Assembly: GCA_038087875.1 (NCBI GenBank)
Contig: CM075989.1
Span: forward strand, 20,586,001 to 20,650,000
From: Malacoraja senta
Lineage: Eukaryota
Reading direction: 5' to 3'
DNA: 64,000 nucleotides
Shown: piece after piece, positions 13,498-25,870 of the stretch
Layout: every line of letters starts with the position of its first letter
Numbering within the stretch: position 1 is the first letter of the stretch
Made by a program: the position numbers and the translations under genes
The notes under the pieces: model-generated
The model's input: the letters and a program-made list of their open reading frames with translations, nothing else
Told to the model about the DNA's origin: nothing
Database searches by the model: none

Positions 13498-14179
13498 AAC
13501 ATAGTTGCTGTTATGCATCCAAATGAAGAACTGTTATTTTACAAAGAATCTAGAATTTAGGTTGAAATTGTGGAATTTGCCAAAGAACATCGTCCATTCT
13601 GTATAACGGAAACCAGGTCTTACTTGGTTCTTGGAAATCCACTGAAGGTAACTAAAATGTGAAAGGAGATTTTTTTTTTTTTTTTTTTTGTATGAACACA
13701 TTGGCAGGGTCATTGATTGTAATACTTTTGGACTTTGTCAAACCAGATGGTGTGTTAGTCCTGAATTTCAAGGAGGAAAATTTCCGCTTCACTGAGACGG
13801 AGGTGGAGAAAGGAGGTGGTGCGCATAGTTTATCACCAAGATCAGTGTAATTGTTAGCTGCCAAGTGTTCCATCTCCTCAAATAGCGATATTTATTTGTA
13901 CGTTGTTCTAACAGAAACAACTAATCAATTAGTACATTGATTTTGCAATATGGTTGAATTTTTAGCAAGTTATTTTTTTGTGTTGGAATAGGAAAATTAA
14001 ATATAAATTTGCCTATGAATAAATCATCACATTAAAGGCTGGAATTATATGATTAATTATGTATCGTCATCAGAATCCCATGTCCAGCTGGAATCCAGGG
14101 TTTTTCATCAATGGAACTCAAATTGTCATGAGGTAAATTGATGAATGTAATGCGGTTCTCAGAGAGTGGCTTTAGTGGG

Positions 14180-14420
14180 ACACTGGGACTGGAAGAGTTT
14201 AGAAGGATGAGGAGGGCCCTCATTGAAACTACCGAATAGTGAAAGACCTGGATAGAGTGGATGTGGAGAGGATGTTTCCACTAGTGGGAGAGTCGAGGAC
14301 CAGAGGCCATAGCCTCAGAATAAAAGGACTTGCCTTTGGGAAGGAGATGAGGAGGAAATTCTATAGTCAGAGGGTGGTGAATCCGTGGAATTCATTGCAA
14401 CAGAAGACTGTGGAGGCTGG
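14180..14420 (+). mobile_element. CR1-clade fragment
   Basis: DLDRVDVERMFPLVGESRTRGHSLRIKG. Confidence 0.8.
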
Positions 14421-15126
14421 ATGAACTCGGCAGGTCAGGCACCATCTGTGGAGGGAATAGACACAATGTTTCTGGATGGGACCCTTGGCTCCTGACCCGA
14501 AATGTCACCTGTCCATTCCCTCTACAGAAGCTGCCTGACCTGCAAGTTCCTTCAGCCGTTTGTCTTTTGCATGTTACCCGAGGTTTGGCAGACATGAATC
14601 ACTGGAAGAGATGAAACAGAAAAGTTGACACCCTTTTAAATATTACTTGCAAACGCCATAAAAGAAGTTTAACTCATGCATTGTGCAATATAGATTGGAA
14701 TATTTTCATCGGAGGTCCTTTTGCCAATGAAACATTTACTGGTTTAGTGTCTATCCCTGAATATTCTGATATCTAACTCCACAAGCACATAGAAACAAAA
14801 ATGTCGTGATTTCTTGTTAACTGGCAGTGTTTGAATGAGCATGGAATTGTTCTACTTCCTGATAGAGACATCAGAGCATCTTTCAAAATGATTCTACTTA
14901 AGTTATGGGAAAGGCCAGTTGTAATCCTGCTTGTTGATGATTATGGAGTGTGTAAGTTCTGTTATCAGAGCAAAAGCAGTTTTTATGTTCAAAAACCGGT
15001 AATCTCACATAGAATGATTATTGATGCATTGTACGGTCATGTTAAGTTGAGAGTTGCTGACTTAAATAAAGGATTCTCCGGATTCATAGTTCTATTCATT
15101 TGCTGACACAAGCAGCAACATGGTAT

Positions 15127-15308
15127 TTAAGAAGGAATTGCAGATGCTGCAAAATCGAAGGTAGACAAAAATGCTGGAGAAACTCAGCGGGTGCAGCAGC
15201 ATCTATGGAGCGAAGGAAATAGGCAACGTTTCCCAGGAAACGTTGCCTATTTCCTTCGCTCCATAGATGCTGCTGCACCCGCTGAGTTTCTCCAGCACTT
15301 TTGTCTAC
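15127..15308. mobile_element. Penelope-derived fold-back hairpin insertion
   Basis: Near-perfect inverted arms of about 74 bp with a 2-nt loop. TSD cagcaacatggtat at 15113 and 15309. Confidence 0.88.
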
Positions 15309-15929
15309 CAGCAACATGGTATCTAGATGATCGAATGTACTGCAGTCTTATAGTGAGCAGGGTTGGGGTCTATTTCCTCACTGTCCTCCAATTTTCACAG
15401 GGATGTTGTTTTACTTCTGCTGTGATGCTGATGGTATATTTAATTGAAGGTAGCTGCTGGCCTAATTAACAGAATCATTGAGAAGGTCACGAGTGCATTG
15501 GTGCAGGTGCTGAGCCTTTCAGCACATAGTAATCTTCCTACCGAATGTCAAAACTAAAATCTCTTTTATTTGAATTACTTCTGTCCATTTACACAACACA
15601 ATGGGGGATAAAATGCTCTCCATACAACAAGGTAATGTCCCTATGTTTACGTTTTAAACCTTCACTCTTTCACATCAGTGCCTATTGTAATTTAGCCGCA
15701 ATTGTAGTGGTAGCTTATATTGATAAACCTGTAAGTAGACAAAATGATCTGTGTAATCCCAATAATCCATTGGTAATTTTATTGCATGATCCCTTTTATT
15801 TGTTCTCTTCCTTGAATAAGTTGCGCCACACTTGCTGAAATAACACCAGCAAATAAAGAGAATGTCTGAAAGAAATTAAAAAAACATTGGCTTTTTTTCC
15901 CCCCTTACAATATTATGCTGTTTCTAAGT

Positions 15930-16405
15930 TGTAGGAGCAGAATTAGGCCATTCAGCTCATTATGTCTACTCCGCCATTTCATCGTGGCTGATCTATCTCT
16001 CCCTCTCAACCCTATTCTCCTGCCCTCTCCCCATAATCCCTGACACTCATACTAATCAAGAATCTGTTTAATGTGTTGCAATGGCAATCCACATTTCGCT
16101 ACCCCAATTGGTGTATGTGTCAAATAAAGAACCTTTGAACCTTTGACTCTATCAATCTCCACCTTAAAAAGATATCCATTTACATGGCCTCCACATGGCA
16201 ATGAATTCCACAGATTCACTGCCTTTTGACTGAAGAAATTCCTCCTCATCTCCTTTCTAAAGGTACTTCCTTTTATTCTGAGGCTATTGCCTCTGGTTCT
16301 AGACTCTCCCACTAGTGGAAACATCCTCGCCACATTCACTCTAACCAGGCCTTTCACTGTTTGGTAAGTTTCAATGAGGTTCCCCCTCATCCTTCTAACC
16401 TCCAG
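15930..16405 (-). mobile_element. CR1-clade fragment
   Basis: MRGNLIETY...MFPLVGESRTRGNSLRIKG...NFFSQ. Confidence 0.8.
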
Positions 16406-17412
16406 CCGCTGTATTGAGCTTCAGTGCATGCACCGTGCAGTTTCTGTGCAAGGTGATGTGATTGTACATTGTGACTCATCGTAGTCCTGATCTCTTCATG
16501 CTGCCGATGGTGCCACTGTTCTTGAGCCAGTGCAGGGCAAAGCAATCAAGTTTATTTCTATTTCTCATTGTCTGAAACATTGAAGATAGAACAATACAGC
16601 ACAGGAGCAGGCCACTGTCTATGACAATAGGTGCAGGAGTAGGCCATTCGGCCCCTCGAGCCAGCACCGCCATTCAATGTGATGATGGCGGATCATCCCC
16701 ACTCAATGCTGAGCACGATGCCAGGTTGAACTAATTTCTGATTCCACATCAATGCTATTGAATTAAATAACATTTTTAATCTTGCAATGGCTGTGACATG
16801 TTGATGGGATTCTGAAAAAAAGTGGTTATAGGAAGATTTGGATAATTTAAACACCTAATGACTCTTGGAGTCTAATAGCATTTATGTTGTTCCAATCAGT
16901 TGTTGTATAGCAATAACTGACCTAAAGGTTACAGGGAGAAGACAGGCGAATGGGGTTGACAGGGAAAGATAGATTGGCCATGATCGAATGGCAGAGCAAA
17001 CTCGATGGGCCGAATGGCCTAATTCTGCTCCGATGTCTTATGTTCTAAATGATAGTTAAATACATAAGCTGGTAATATTTGTTCATGTACTTGGAATATT
17101 TTTTTCAGAATAAGTTTAAAACTTTGAATGATATCAAAACTAAAATTAATGAAGTCGAGTCATTTTCCATAACATTGGGCTTGTTAACATGGCACTTTAT
17201 CCAGCTGGATTGTGAAGTGTTCACTGATTAATCAGCTTATTGTCATGGCAGATTAAAGGAGAATAGGATGAAGAAAGATGTCCTGGTTTCTGGATGTGAC
17301 TGAAGGTCAGTTTATTTACCAGGGACAGATAAGAGGGTCAGTTTTAAAGCGTTGTGGACAGGGAGAGATGGATTTAAAAAAAAACAGAATTAAATAATCT
17401 AGACTTGATGTT

Positions 17413-17612
17413 NNNNNNNNNNNNNNNNNNNNNNNNNNNNNNNNNNNNNNNNNNNNNNNNNNNNNNNNNNNNNNNNNNNNNNNNNNNNNNNNNNNNNNNN
17501 NNNNNNNNNNNNNNNNNNNNNNNNNNNNNNNNNNNNNNNNNNNNNNNNNNNNNNNNNNNNNNNNNNNNNNNNNNNNNNNNNNNNNNNNNNNNNNNNNNNN
17601 NNNNNNNNNNNN
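17413..17612. other. Assembly gap
   Basis: Exactly 200 N. Confidence 1.
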
Positions 17613-17721
17613 TCATGGCTGATCATCCCCAATCAGTACCCCGCTCCTGCCTTCCCCCCAAATCCCCTGACTCCGCTATTTTTAAGAGCCCTGTGTAGCT
17701 CTCTCTTGAAAGCTCTCTTGA

Positions 17722-18130
17722 CTCCATTTATACATCACGTTGCCTCGGCAAGGCCAGCAGCACAATCAAGGATGAGTCGCACCCTGGCCACTCCCTCTTC
17801 TCCCCTCTCCCATCAGGCAAAAGGTATAGAAATGTGAAAACGCACACCTCCAGATTCACGGACAGTTTCTTCCCAGCTGTTATCAGGCAACTGAATCATC
17901 CTACCACAACCAGAGAGCGGTCATGAACTACTATCTACCTCATTGGTGACCCTCGGACTATCTTTGATCGGACTTTACTGGCTTTACCTTGCACTAAACG
18001 TTAATCCCTTACCATGTATACACTGTAAACGGCTCGATTGTGATCTTGTGTTGTCTTTCCGCTGACTGGATAGCACGCAACAAAAGCTTTTCACTGTACC
18101 TCGGTACACGTGACAATAAACTAAACTAAC
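17722..18130 (+). mobile_element. Rex1/Babar-type LINE 3' fragment
   Basis: ...HPGHSLFSPLPSGKRYR...RFTDSFFPAVIRQLN-like translation and tail tgacaataaactaaac. Confidence 0.75.
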
Positions 18131-19474
18131 TGTGATAAAGATTAACTGGAAATGAAAATAAATAAATGCTGTGACAGGTTGTATTTGTCTGTGTCGCATG
18201 TGATATATTTGACCAACAACTCTGACATGTTATTGGGTTTATCTGAATATAACTTAATTTCAATTGATTAACCATCTGAACCGACCTACTCTTGTACCGT
18301 GTGTGTACTTATGATCAGGGCTTGGTTGCTTTTGTGAGGTATTTGATTTGTAATTGAGGACAATAGTAGAACAATATAAAATTGTTCATCAATTATTTAC
18401 TTACGTTGGGAAAAATGCCCAAACCAATTAAATAACCTGTTTCTGGCTCTGTGTCCACATTGTTGCTTGTGCCAAAATCAATTTCCAGTTTAGAAAAATG
18501 CCTTTCCTTGTATATTAAGTTTCTGTTCCCCTTCCAGCTATTCTGTCACTTTTATTTTAACCCTGCCCATATTCTCTGATGTACATTTTCTTTTCTCACA
18601 ATAAGTGAGTGTTAGGATTGAACAAAATGTGCCCTAGTATCATTCCAAACCTCTCTCATTAAAATAAATTTAATTTGTCTTTTTTTTTTTAACCATTTAT
18701 TTTTTACACTAGAAAAAGAAAAGATTGAAAGAAAGAAGAAAGTGAAGGAAAAAGTGAAAGTGTAGAAAATGTGACAACAAAAAAGGACGAAGACCCTATA
18801 AGAGCAAAATTAAAAAACAAAAGAAAAAGAGTTAAGAGATAGACCCTAGAAAAGAAAGAGAAAGAGAAATTTGAACTGAAATTCAACAAAATCAATCACC
18901 AAACGGAGAATAAGTAGAAATACTTACAAAGCCATGAAATCTTTTGGAAACGCAAGGACGTTCTGAGCAAAACACAAAGTGCTGGAGAAACTCAGCGACC
19001 CTCTGAGTTCCACCAGAACTTTGTGTTTTGCTGTAAATCCTTTGGGCTGTTCTTCACAAGTTCACAAGTTATCGGAGTAGAATTAGGCCATTCGGCCCAT
19101 CGAGTCTACGCCATTCAATTATGGCTGATCTCCTCCTAATCCCAGTTTTCTGCCTTTTCCCAGAACCATTGACATGGGTTCTAATCAAGAATTTGGCTAT
19201 GCCTTAACAATATTCACTGACTTGGTCTCCACAGCCCTCTGTGGCAATGAGTTCCACAGATTAACTACCTTCTGACTAAAGATGTTCCTTCTCAACTCCT
19301 TTATAAAAAATGTGCCCTATAATTCTGAGGTTATGACCTCTGGGTCCTAGACTCTCTCACCGGTTCTTGAACGGTCTGTGGAGCAGTATTCAATTCTGTT
19401 GCCCAAATAAAAACTTGGTATTTCTACTTTGTTCTTTTTGAGCAGTTTGGACTTGCGCCCATATTTCTTCTTCA

Positions 19475-19602
19475 TGTTTAAGAAGGAACTGCAGATGCTG
19501 GAAAAAAATCAAAGGTAGACAGAAATGCTGGAGAAACTCAGCGGGTGAGGCAGCATCTATGGAGCGAAGGAATAGGTGACGTCTCGACCCGAAACGTCAC
19601 CT
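19475..19602 (-). mobile_element. Short Penelope-derived insertion with small fold-back
   Basis: TSD atatttcttcttca at 19461 and 19603. Confidence 0.8.
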
Positions 19603-21149
19603 ATATTTCTTCTTCACCTCATCTAACTTTTGAGCATTTTTTTGCATTGTGATCGACTAACTGCCCAAAACTGCCATCCTTCTAAATTAGGTTCTGGGTC
19701 ACTTTGCCACCTTGCAGAGAGTTTAGATAAAGTGAATGCTCAGTCTTTTACCCAGGGTGGAGGATTAAAAAAACTAGAGGGCATAGGCTGAAGGTGACAG
19801 GGGAGAGGTTTAAGAGGAACCTTTTCACTCAGAGGGTAGACTGTATCTGGGATGAGCTGGCAGAGTAAGCAATATAATTACCATTTTTGAAAGACATTTG
19901 AACAGATACATGAATAGGAAGGGTTTAAAGGGCTGGGGGCCAAATGCAGGCAAATGGCATTAGCCCAATAGGCCAACTTGGTCAGCATGGCCCTGTGTCT
20001 GCATTCTCTCTGGCAAAAGGGAAGTCGGGTCAAAGGTTTGCTTTGCATCTTGACCTGGACTCCTACATAGAATGTATCTTGTCTGTTACATTGACAGTTG
20101 TTCACAATTCCATTATGCTACAGTTTATTAACATCACAGAAATGTGGTGTTGCAAGCGTGCCGTTGAGATCGACAGCAGTGAAGAAGTCCCTGTGAGATG
20201 TAATTATTTTTTGTTGCTGGTTGTTAATAAATGTTAGTTGAACTTGCTTTGGCTGAAGAAGCTGATGAACAGTGAACAATAAAAACGGCCATTGGGTTCC
20301 TCGTCAGTGATGTAGAAACAAGGAACCGCAGATGCTGGTTTACACGGGAAAGACAGAAACGGCTGGAGTAACTCAGCGGGTCAGGCAACATCCCTGGAGA
20401 TCCTGGGTGGGTGACATTTAGGATTGGGACCCGAAACGACTTGTTTGGTAGGGTCCCGACCTGAATCATCACCTATCCATAGGCAGACACAAAATGCTGG
20501 AGTAACTCAGTGGGTCAGGCAGCACCTCTGGAGAAAAGGAATGGGTGGCGTTTTGGGTCGAGACCCTTCTTCGTACCGAGGGTCAGGGGAGAGGGAAGCT
20601 TGAGGTATGAAAAGATGCAAAAAACAAATAAATGAAAAGAATAAATCAAAGCCACCACTGATGATCTTTGACCTTTGATTGAAGGAATAGGCGACGTTTC
20701 GGGTCGAGACCTTTCAGAAGGGTCTCGACCCGAAACGTCACCCATTCCTTCGCTCCATAGATGCTGCCTCACCCGTTGAGTTTCTCCAGCATTTTAGTCT
20801 ACCTTTGATTTTTCCAGCATCTGCAGTTCTTTCTTAAACATTTGTTCTTTGATTTGTTGTTTTCATACCTTTCATTCATTGGTTCTCCAGTCTTTTTTGT
20901 CTTCTCTTCAGTGTTGCTTTTTAATTGGAAGTCCCACTAGTTATCCTTTTGGATATGTACTTTTTTAAAAACATAGATGTAGTTAGTGCATATTGAGAAT
21001 GTCCAAACATCAGGGGGAGGTTTCAGCTGTGGTAGAGTTACACCAAATGCTCAGGAGTAGAGAAGAAAATCAGGTAAGTTTACAAGGTTTGGCCGCTCCA
21101 GTACTACCCAAGTTTGCACTGTGTGTTAGTACTCGATTACAGTGTATAT

Positions 21150-21550
21150 CCCCTTCCATCGAGGGGATCTATCGCAGTCGCTGCCTCAAAAAGGCTGGCA
21201 GTATCATCAAGGACCCACACCATCCTGGCCATACACTCATCTCCCTGCTACCTTCAGGTAGAAGGTACAGGAGCCTGAAGACTGCAACGACCAGGTTCAG
21301 GAATAGCTACTTCCCCACAGCCATCAGGCTATTAAACTTGGCTCGGACAAAACTCTGAACATTAATAGCCCATTATCTGTTATTTGCACTTTATCAGTTT
21401 ATTTATTCATGTGTGTATATATTTATATAAGGGTATATGGACACACTGATCTGTTTTGTAGTCAATGCCTACTATGTTCTGTTGTGTTGAAGCAAAGCAA
21501 GAATTTCATTGTCCTATCAGGGACACATGACAATAAACTCTCTTGAATCT
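21150..21550 (+). mobile_element. Rex1/Babar-type LINE 3' fragment
   Basis: PSIEGIYRSRCLKKAGSIIKDPHHPGHTLISLLPSGRRYRSLKTATTRFRNSYFPTAIRLLN, then 3' UTR ending tgacaataaactctcttgaa. Confidence 0.85.
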
Positions 21551-23139
21551 TAAATGTGGGTAGGAAGGAACTGCAGATGCTGGTTTACACCAAAGATAGA
21601 CACAAAATGCTGGAGTAACTCAGCGGGACAGGCAGCATCTCTGGAGAGACGGAATGGGTGACGTTTCGGGTCGAGACCCTTCTTCACATCTCCATCCGAA
21701 ACATCACCCATTCCTTCTCTCCACAGATGCTGCCTGTCCTGCTGAGTTACTCCAGTTTTTTGTGTCTGCAGCGTATAAATAATCAGCTCCACAAATGCCA
21801 TTCAGAAACCCACTGATTTTTTTTTTTAAACATGAACTTATTTTTGGAAGCCAAGTAATCTGGATCAGTTTATTGAAGTGAAGGCTAAACTGAACTCTGA
21901 ATGGAGGCAGCGGGGGTGTGAGAGTGGAACACTTTCTGCTGTGTCAAAAGTTCAGGGCTTTTCCTCGCACTTTAAAGATTAGAGCTAAATCTCAAGTTGA
22001 TGTTTTTTTTCCTAAGAGGCTTTAAGTTTACGCTCTTTTGCTCTGCAGGCAGGTGTAACAGATTCTGTGGGACTGTTTTGAGGGGAAATCTGACGGAAGT
22101 AGATGAAATTATGAGAGGCACAGATAGGGTGGACAGTCAGAACCTTTCTCCCAGGATGGAAATATCAAATACGACAGAGCATAGATTTAAGATGGGAGGG
22201 GAACAGTTTAAAGGAGATGTGCAGGGTAAGGTTTTTTTTTAAAGAGAGGGTGATGGGTGGCTGGAGTGTATGGTGGCAGGGTGGTGGTAGAGGCACTTGA
22301 TATGGTGGCATTTATGAGACTTTTAGATAGGCATATGAATGAATATGCAGGGAATGGTGGGATATGGGTTATGTATAGGTAGATAAAGAGTTGGTCTTGG
22401 CATCATGTTCAGAACAGACATTGTGGGCCGAATGGCCCGTTCCTGCGCTCAATGTTCTAAGACCAGCAGAGTAGCCAAAGTGTCCTGACCAATCTAATAA
22501 CAAGGAACTGCAGATAGAAACAAAATGCTGGAGTAACTCAGCGGGACAGGCAGCATCTCTGGAGAGAAAGAATGGGTGACGTTTCGGGTCGAGACCCTTC
22601 TTCAGACTGATCAAGGAACTGCAGATACTGGTTTATACCAAAGATAGACGCAAAATGCTGGAGTAACTCGGCGGGTCAGGCAACATCTCTAATGCTGAAA
22701 GTAGATAGGTAAAGTTTTAGGTCAGTCTTAAGAAGGATCCCGACCTGAAACATCATCTATCCAAGTTCTCAAAGGATGCTGCCTGACCCGTTGAGATACT
22801 CCAGCATTTTGTGTCTATCGCTGGTGTCCTACCCTATATTTATTATACAATCGACATCTAGTTCTTTCTGACATCTGCAGCTTTTTATTTTTGCTTTTCA
22901 CTTTCTGACTCGGACTTCTCCTTTTGCAATGCTGTTTGCTGGCAGAAGTCGGATCTAGGAAAAGCCCTGATGCTCAGCAGCTTTGGTGTCATGAATCATA
23001 CTGAGCAGGTGCATTAAATAATCCTGATACACCATGCCGGGAAGATCTAAATGAATGCTCCCAACTTTTTACAGGGTGCAAAGAAGAGATTGAAATGGCC
23101 ACACATGAAAAAAACGGAAATATCAGAAAACTGCGATTT

Positions 23140-23425
23140 AGTTTAGAGATACAGCGTGGAAACAGGCCCTTCGGCCCACCGAGTCGCCACCGACCAGCGA
23201 TCCCTGCACACTAACACGATCCTACATGCACTAGGGACAATTTTTACAATTTTAACAAGGCCGATTAACCTGTACGTCTTTGGAGTGTGGGAGGAAACAG
23301 GAGCTCCCGGAGAATGCCCACGCAGGTCGCAGGGAGGACGTACAAACTCCGTACAGACAGCACCCTTAGTCAGGATTGAACCAAGGTCTCTGGCGCTGTG
23401 AGGCAGCGACTCTACCACTACGCTT
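23140..23425 (-). mobile_element. HE1-like V-SINE (tRNA head, CR1-derived tail)
   Basis: Reverse complement has gctgcctcacagcgccagagacc..ggttcaatcc head, V-domain-like gtttcctcccacactccaaagacg and tail gggccgaagggcctgtttccacgctgtatctctaaac. Confidence 0.8.
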
Positions 23426-24289
23426 CCGTTCCTTCTGTTCCCATCTTCATTCAGTTATTTGCCTTAAAATCACATAAAATATGCTTATGGAACTAATGTT
23501 TGGTATAAAGGTATACTAACTAAGACAATAGAAGGTTGTACTCCCTCACAGCATCAATGATGTCAGTATTCCACAGTCTTTAACTCCTTATTGATGAAAT
23601 GTTGTCAAGGTTCACGGAAAAAGATCATGGAAAAAGAACCCTTAATAAAATGCACTTTTGGTAAAAGGCAGCAATATTTCGTGCCAATATATTTTCAATC
23701 AACTTTCAAACATTAACATTTCCTAAATGTTGATACTGTTTTTGCTTTAGTTACTTCCTCTGTTTGGAGATGAAAGGAGATGAGGGAGAACGGCTTTAGT
23801 CGGAGGGCGGTGAATCTATAGAATTTATTGCTACAGAAGGTTGTGGAGGACAAGTCAGTAGACATTGTTACGGTGGAGATAGATAGATTCTTGATTAGTA
23901 AGGGTGTTGGGGTTATGGGGAGAAGGCAGTCAGAGAAGGAGAATGGGGTTGAGAGGGAAAGATAGATCAGCCATGATTGAATGGCGGAGTAGACTTGATG
24001 GTCTATTTGTGCTCCTATAACTTATGAACTTATGAATTTCATACCTTTTGTTTAAAAAAAAAAAGCAAACTTCTTAAGCTTTATATCCTAAGTCTTCCAA
24101 GGCTTCAATCCCCTCATTTGGCACTTCCCAACATCCAAACAGATTTGTTTCCAAATACTTTGTAACAATGTTTTTATAATATAAATTATCTTAAAATCTT
24201 CTCTGCTGCAATCTAACACCTTCAGTTATTTTATTGATTGTGTTCCATCAAATCAATCCTCCCGCATCTGCGTCACCTCAATACCAAAA

Positions 24290-25160
24290 CATCAAAGCAA
24301 TCATAAAGAAAGCTCGTCAATACTGCTTTTCTCTTCTTGAGGAGATCTGGTATGTTGCCAAACACACTATTGAGTGTCTACTGGTGTCTGGGAGGCAGGG
24401 AGCATACTGACTGGTTGCATCACGGCCTAGTTCGGTTACTTGAAAGCCCAGAACAAAGAAGGCTGCAAAACTTGGTCAACATTGCCCGGTCCATCGCACA
24501 TACTGTCCTCCTCGCTATCCAAGGGATCTACAGGAAGGCAGCTTATATCATCACAGACCCACATCACCCAGGCCATGCTCTCATCTTGCTGCCTGAGAAC
24601 CGTTCCTACAGCTTCAAGAACAGCTTTCCAGCAACGATCAGCCACTTGAACGTAGCCCAACACTAACCATAAACCTATCCCAGCATCTAGTCAAGTCAAG
24701 TCAAGTCAAGTCACATTTATTTATATAGCACATTTAAAAAACAACTCTCGTTTGGCAAAGTGCTTTACATTTGTTATAAGAATAGCACAACAAAACAAAC
24801 TACATACATATATACATGTAGCCCTCACTCAGAGGACGTCAGGAAAGGCTTGGGAGTATAGATAAGTCTTTAGTCTTGACTTAAAAGAGTCGATGGAGGG
24901 GGCGGTTCTGATGGGAAAGGGGATGCTGTTCCACAGTCTAGGTCTACTGTGGACTTTGTTTTCAGTTGCTCTATGGATTTAATTTTTACTTTGCGCTATT
25001 ATGGTCTGGTTACCTTGTATTACTGATTATTAACTTATTATATTATTGATTATTGTATCTTTAATGTGTGTGAATGTCCCTGTAAAGCTGCAGCAAGTGA
25101 GAATTTAATTGTTGCATTGTTGGTGAATGTAACAATTAAACACTCTTGAATCTCTTGACT
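24290..25160 (+). mobile_element. Degraded Rex1/Babar-type LINE fragment with nested L2 tail
   Basis: IITDPHHPGHAL...SFKNSFPATISHLN. The 3' UTR resumes after 24942. Confidence 0.7.
24689..24942 (-). mobile_element. L2-clade LINE 3' end
   Basis: Minus-strand PRLWNSIPFPIRTAPSIDSFKSRLKTYLYSQAF..*, tail tgtaaagcac...gtgctatataaataaa and (CTTGA)n. Confidence 0.8.
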
Positions 25161-25365
25161 TGTGTTTAAAGCAGGTTTATTTTCTCTGCCACTGAGCATT
25201 CATTTCAGATTTAATTTGTTCTGTTGTCCATAAGATTAATAGAAAGGGCTGTGAAGTTTCTTGAAGTAAGTTGGCACTGTAAATATTTGTTAGTAAGTCA
25301 GCATTGTAAATATCTTTTCAGGTGAATGCATGCATCATCATTGTTATTCTTGTTATTTACACTAG

Positions 25366-25500
25366 GCTTTAAAAGAGGAAATAAGCTGAGCACGCCTGAA
25401 GGAAGATAGTTGAGGAGAGAAGGTTCTACCATGCACTAGAACATTAAGTACTGACAAAGCTACAATTCCACGCTGATATATTGGAAAAGGAACGGTGAAG
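25366..25500 (+). other. MEF2A: 5' UTR portion of the ATG-containing MEF2 exon
   Basis: Acceptor-like ttgttattcttgttatttacactag| ending at 25365, followed by purine-rich exon-like sequence up to the ATG. Confidence 0.6.
25431..25439 (+). promoter_or_regulatory. Minimal upstream ORF (ATG CAC TAG) in the MEF2 5' UTR
   Basis: ctaccATGcactag with A at -3, 70 nt upstream of the main ATG. Confidence 0.55.
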
Positions 25501-25554
25501 ATGGGGCGGAAAAAGATTCAGATTACAAGGATCATGGACGAACGCAACAGACAG
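25501..25554 (+). CDS. MEF2A: MEF2-family transcription factor, first coding exon (MGRKKIQITRIMDERNRQ)
   Basis: Translation gives the canonical MEF2A/C N-terminus. The 54-nt phase-0 exon ends CAG|gtaaga. Start context gtgaagATGG. Confidence 0.95.
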
Positions 25555-25662
25555 GTAAGAGCACGGGTTGTGGAACTGTGTGGAATGGGTGTCCGTATCC
25601 TTCACACCTCGTCTTCCAAGTCACCCAACATCCAAACTTGAGCACACATTGTTGTCACTTCA

Positions 25663-25870
25663 GTTGCACAAAACACAAAGTGCTGGAGGAACTCAGCGGT
25701 TCAGGCAGCATCTGTGGAGGGAATGGACAGATGATGCTTTGGGTCGGGGTCTGAAGAAGGGTCCCAACCCGAAATGTTATCTGCCCGATCCCTCCGCAGA
25801 TGCTGCCTGACCTACTGAGTTCCTCCAGCACTTTTTTGTTTTGCTCAGCATCTGCAGTTCCTTGTGTCTC
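25663..25870. mobile_element. Penelope-derived inverted-arm insertion about 110 nt downstream of the ATG exon
   Basis: TSD tgttgtcacttca at 25650 and 25871, with a core-like motif at 25751. Confidence 0.8.

Noticed and set aside
15096..15469. Recurrent short ORFs such as QQHLWSEGNRQRF / DAAAPAEFLQHF as a peptide family
   Set aside because: They recur only because they translate the non-coding Penelope-derived repeat in various frames.
17676..17685. MEF2 site CTATTTTTAA
   Set aside because: It is part of the CR1 repeat sequence (also near 44509), so it is not locus-specific evidence of regulation.
17374..17698. ORFs spanning X runs
   Set aside because: Artefacts of the 200-N gap.
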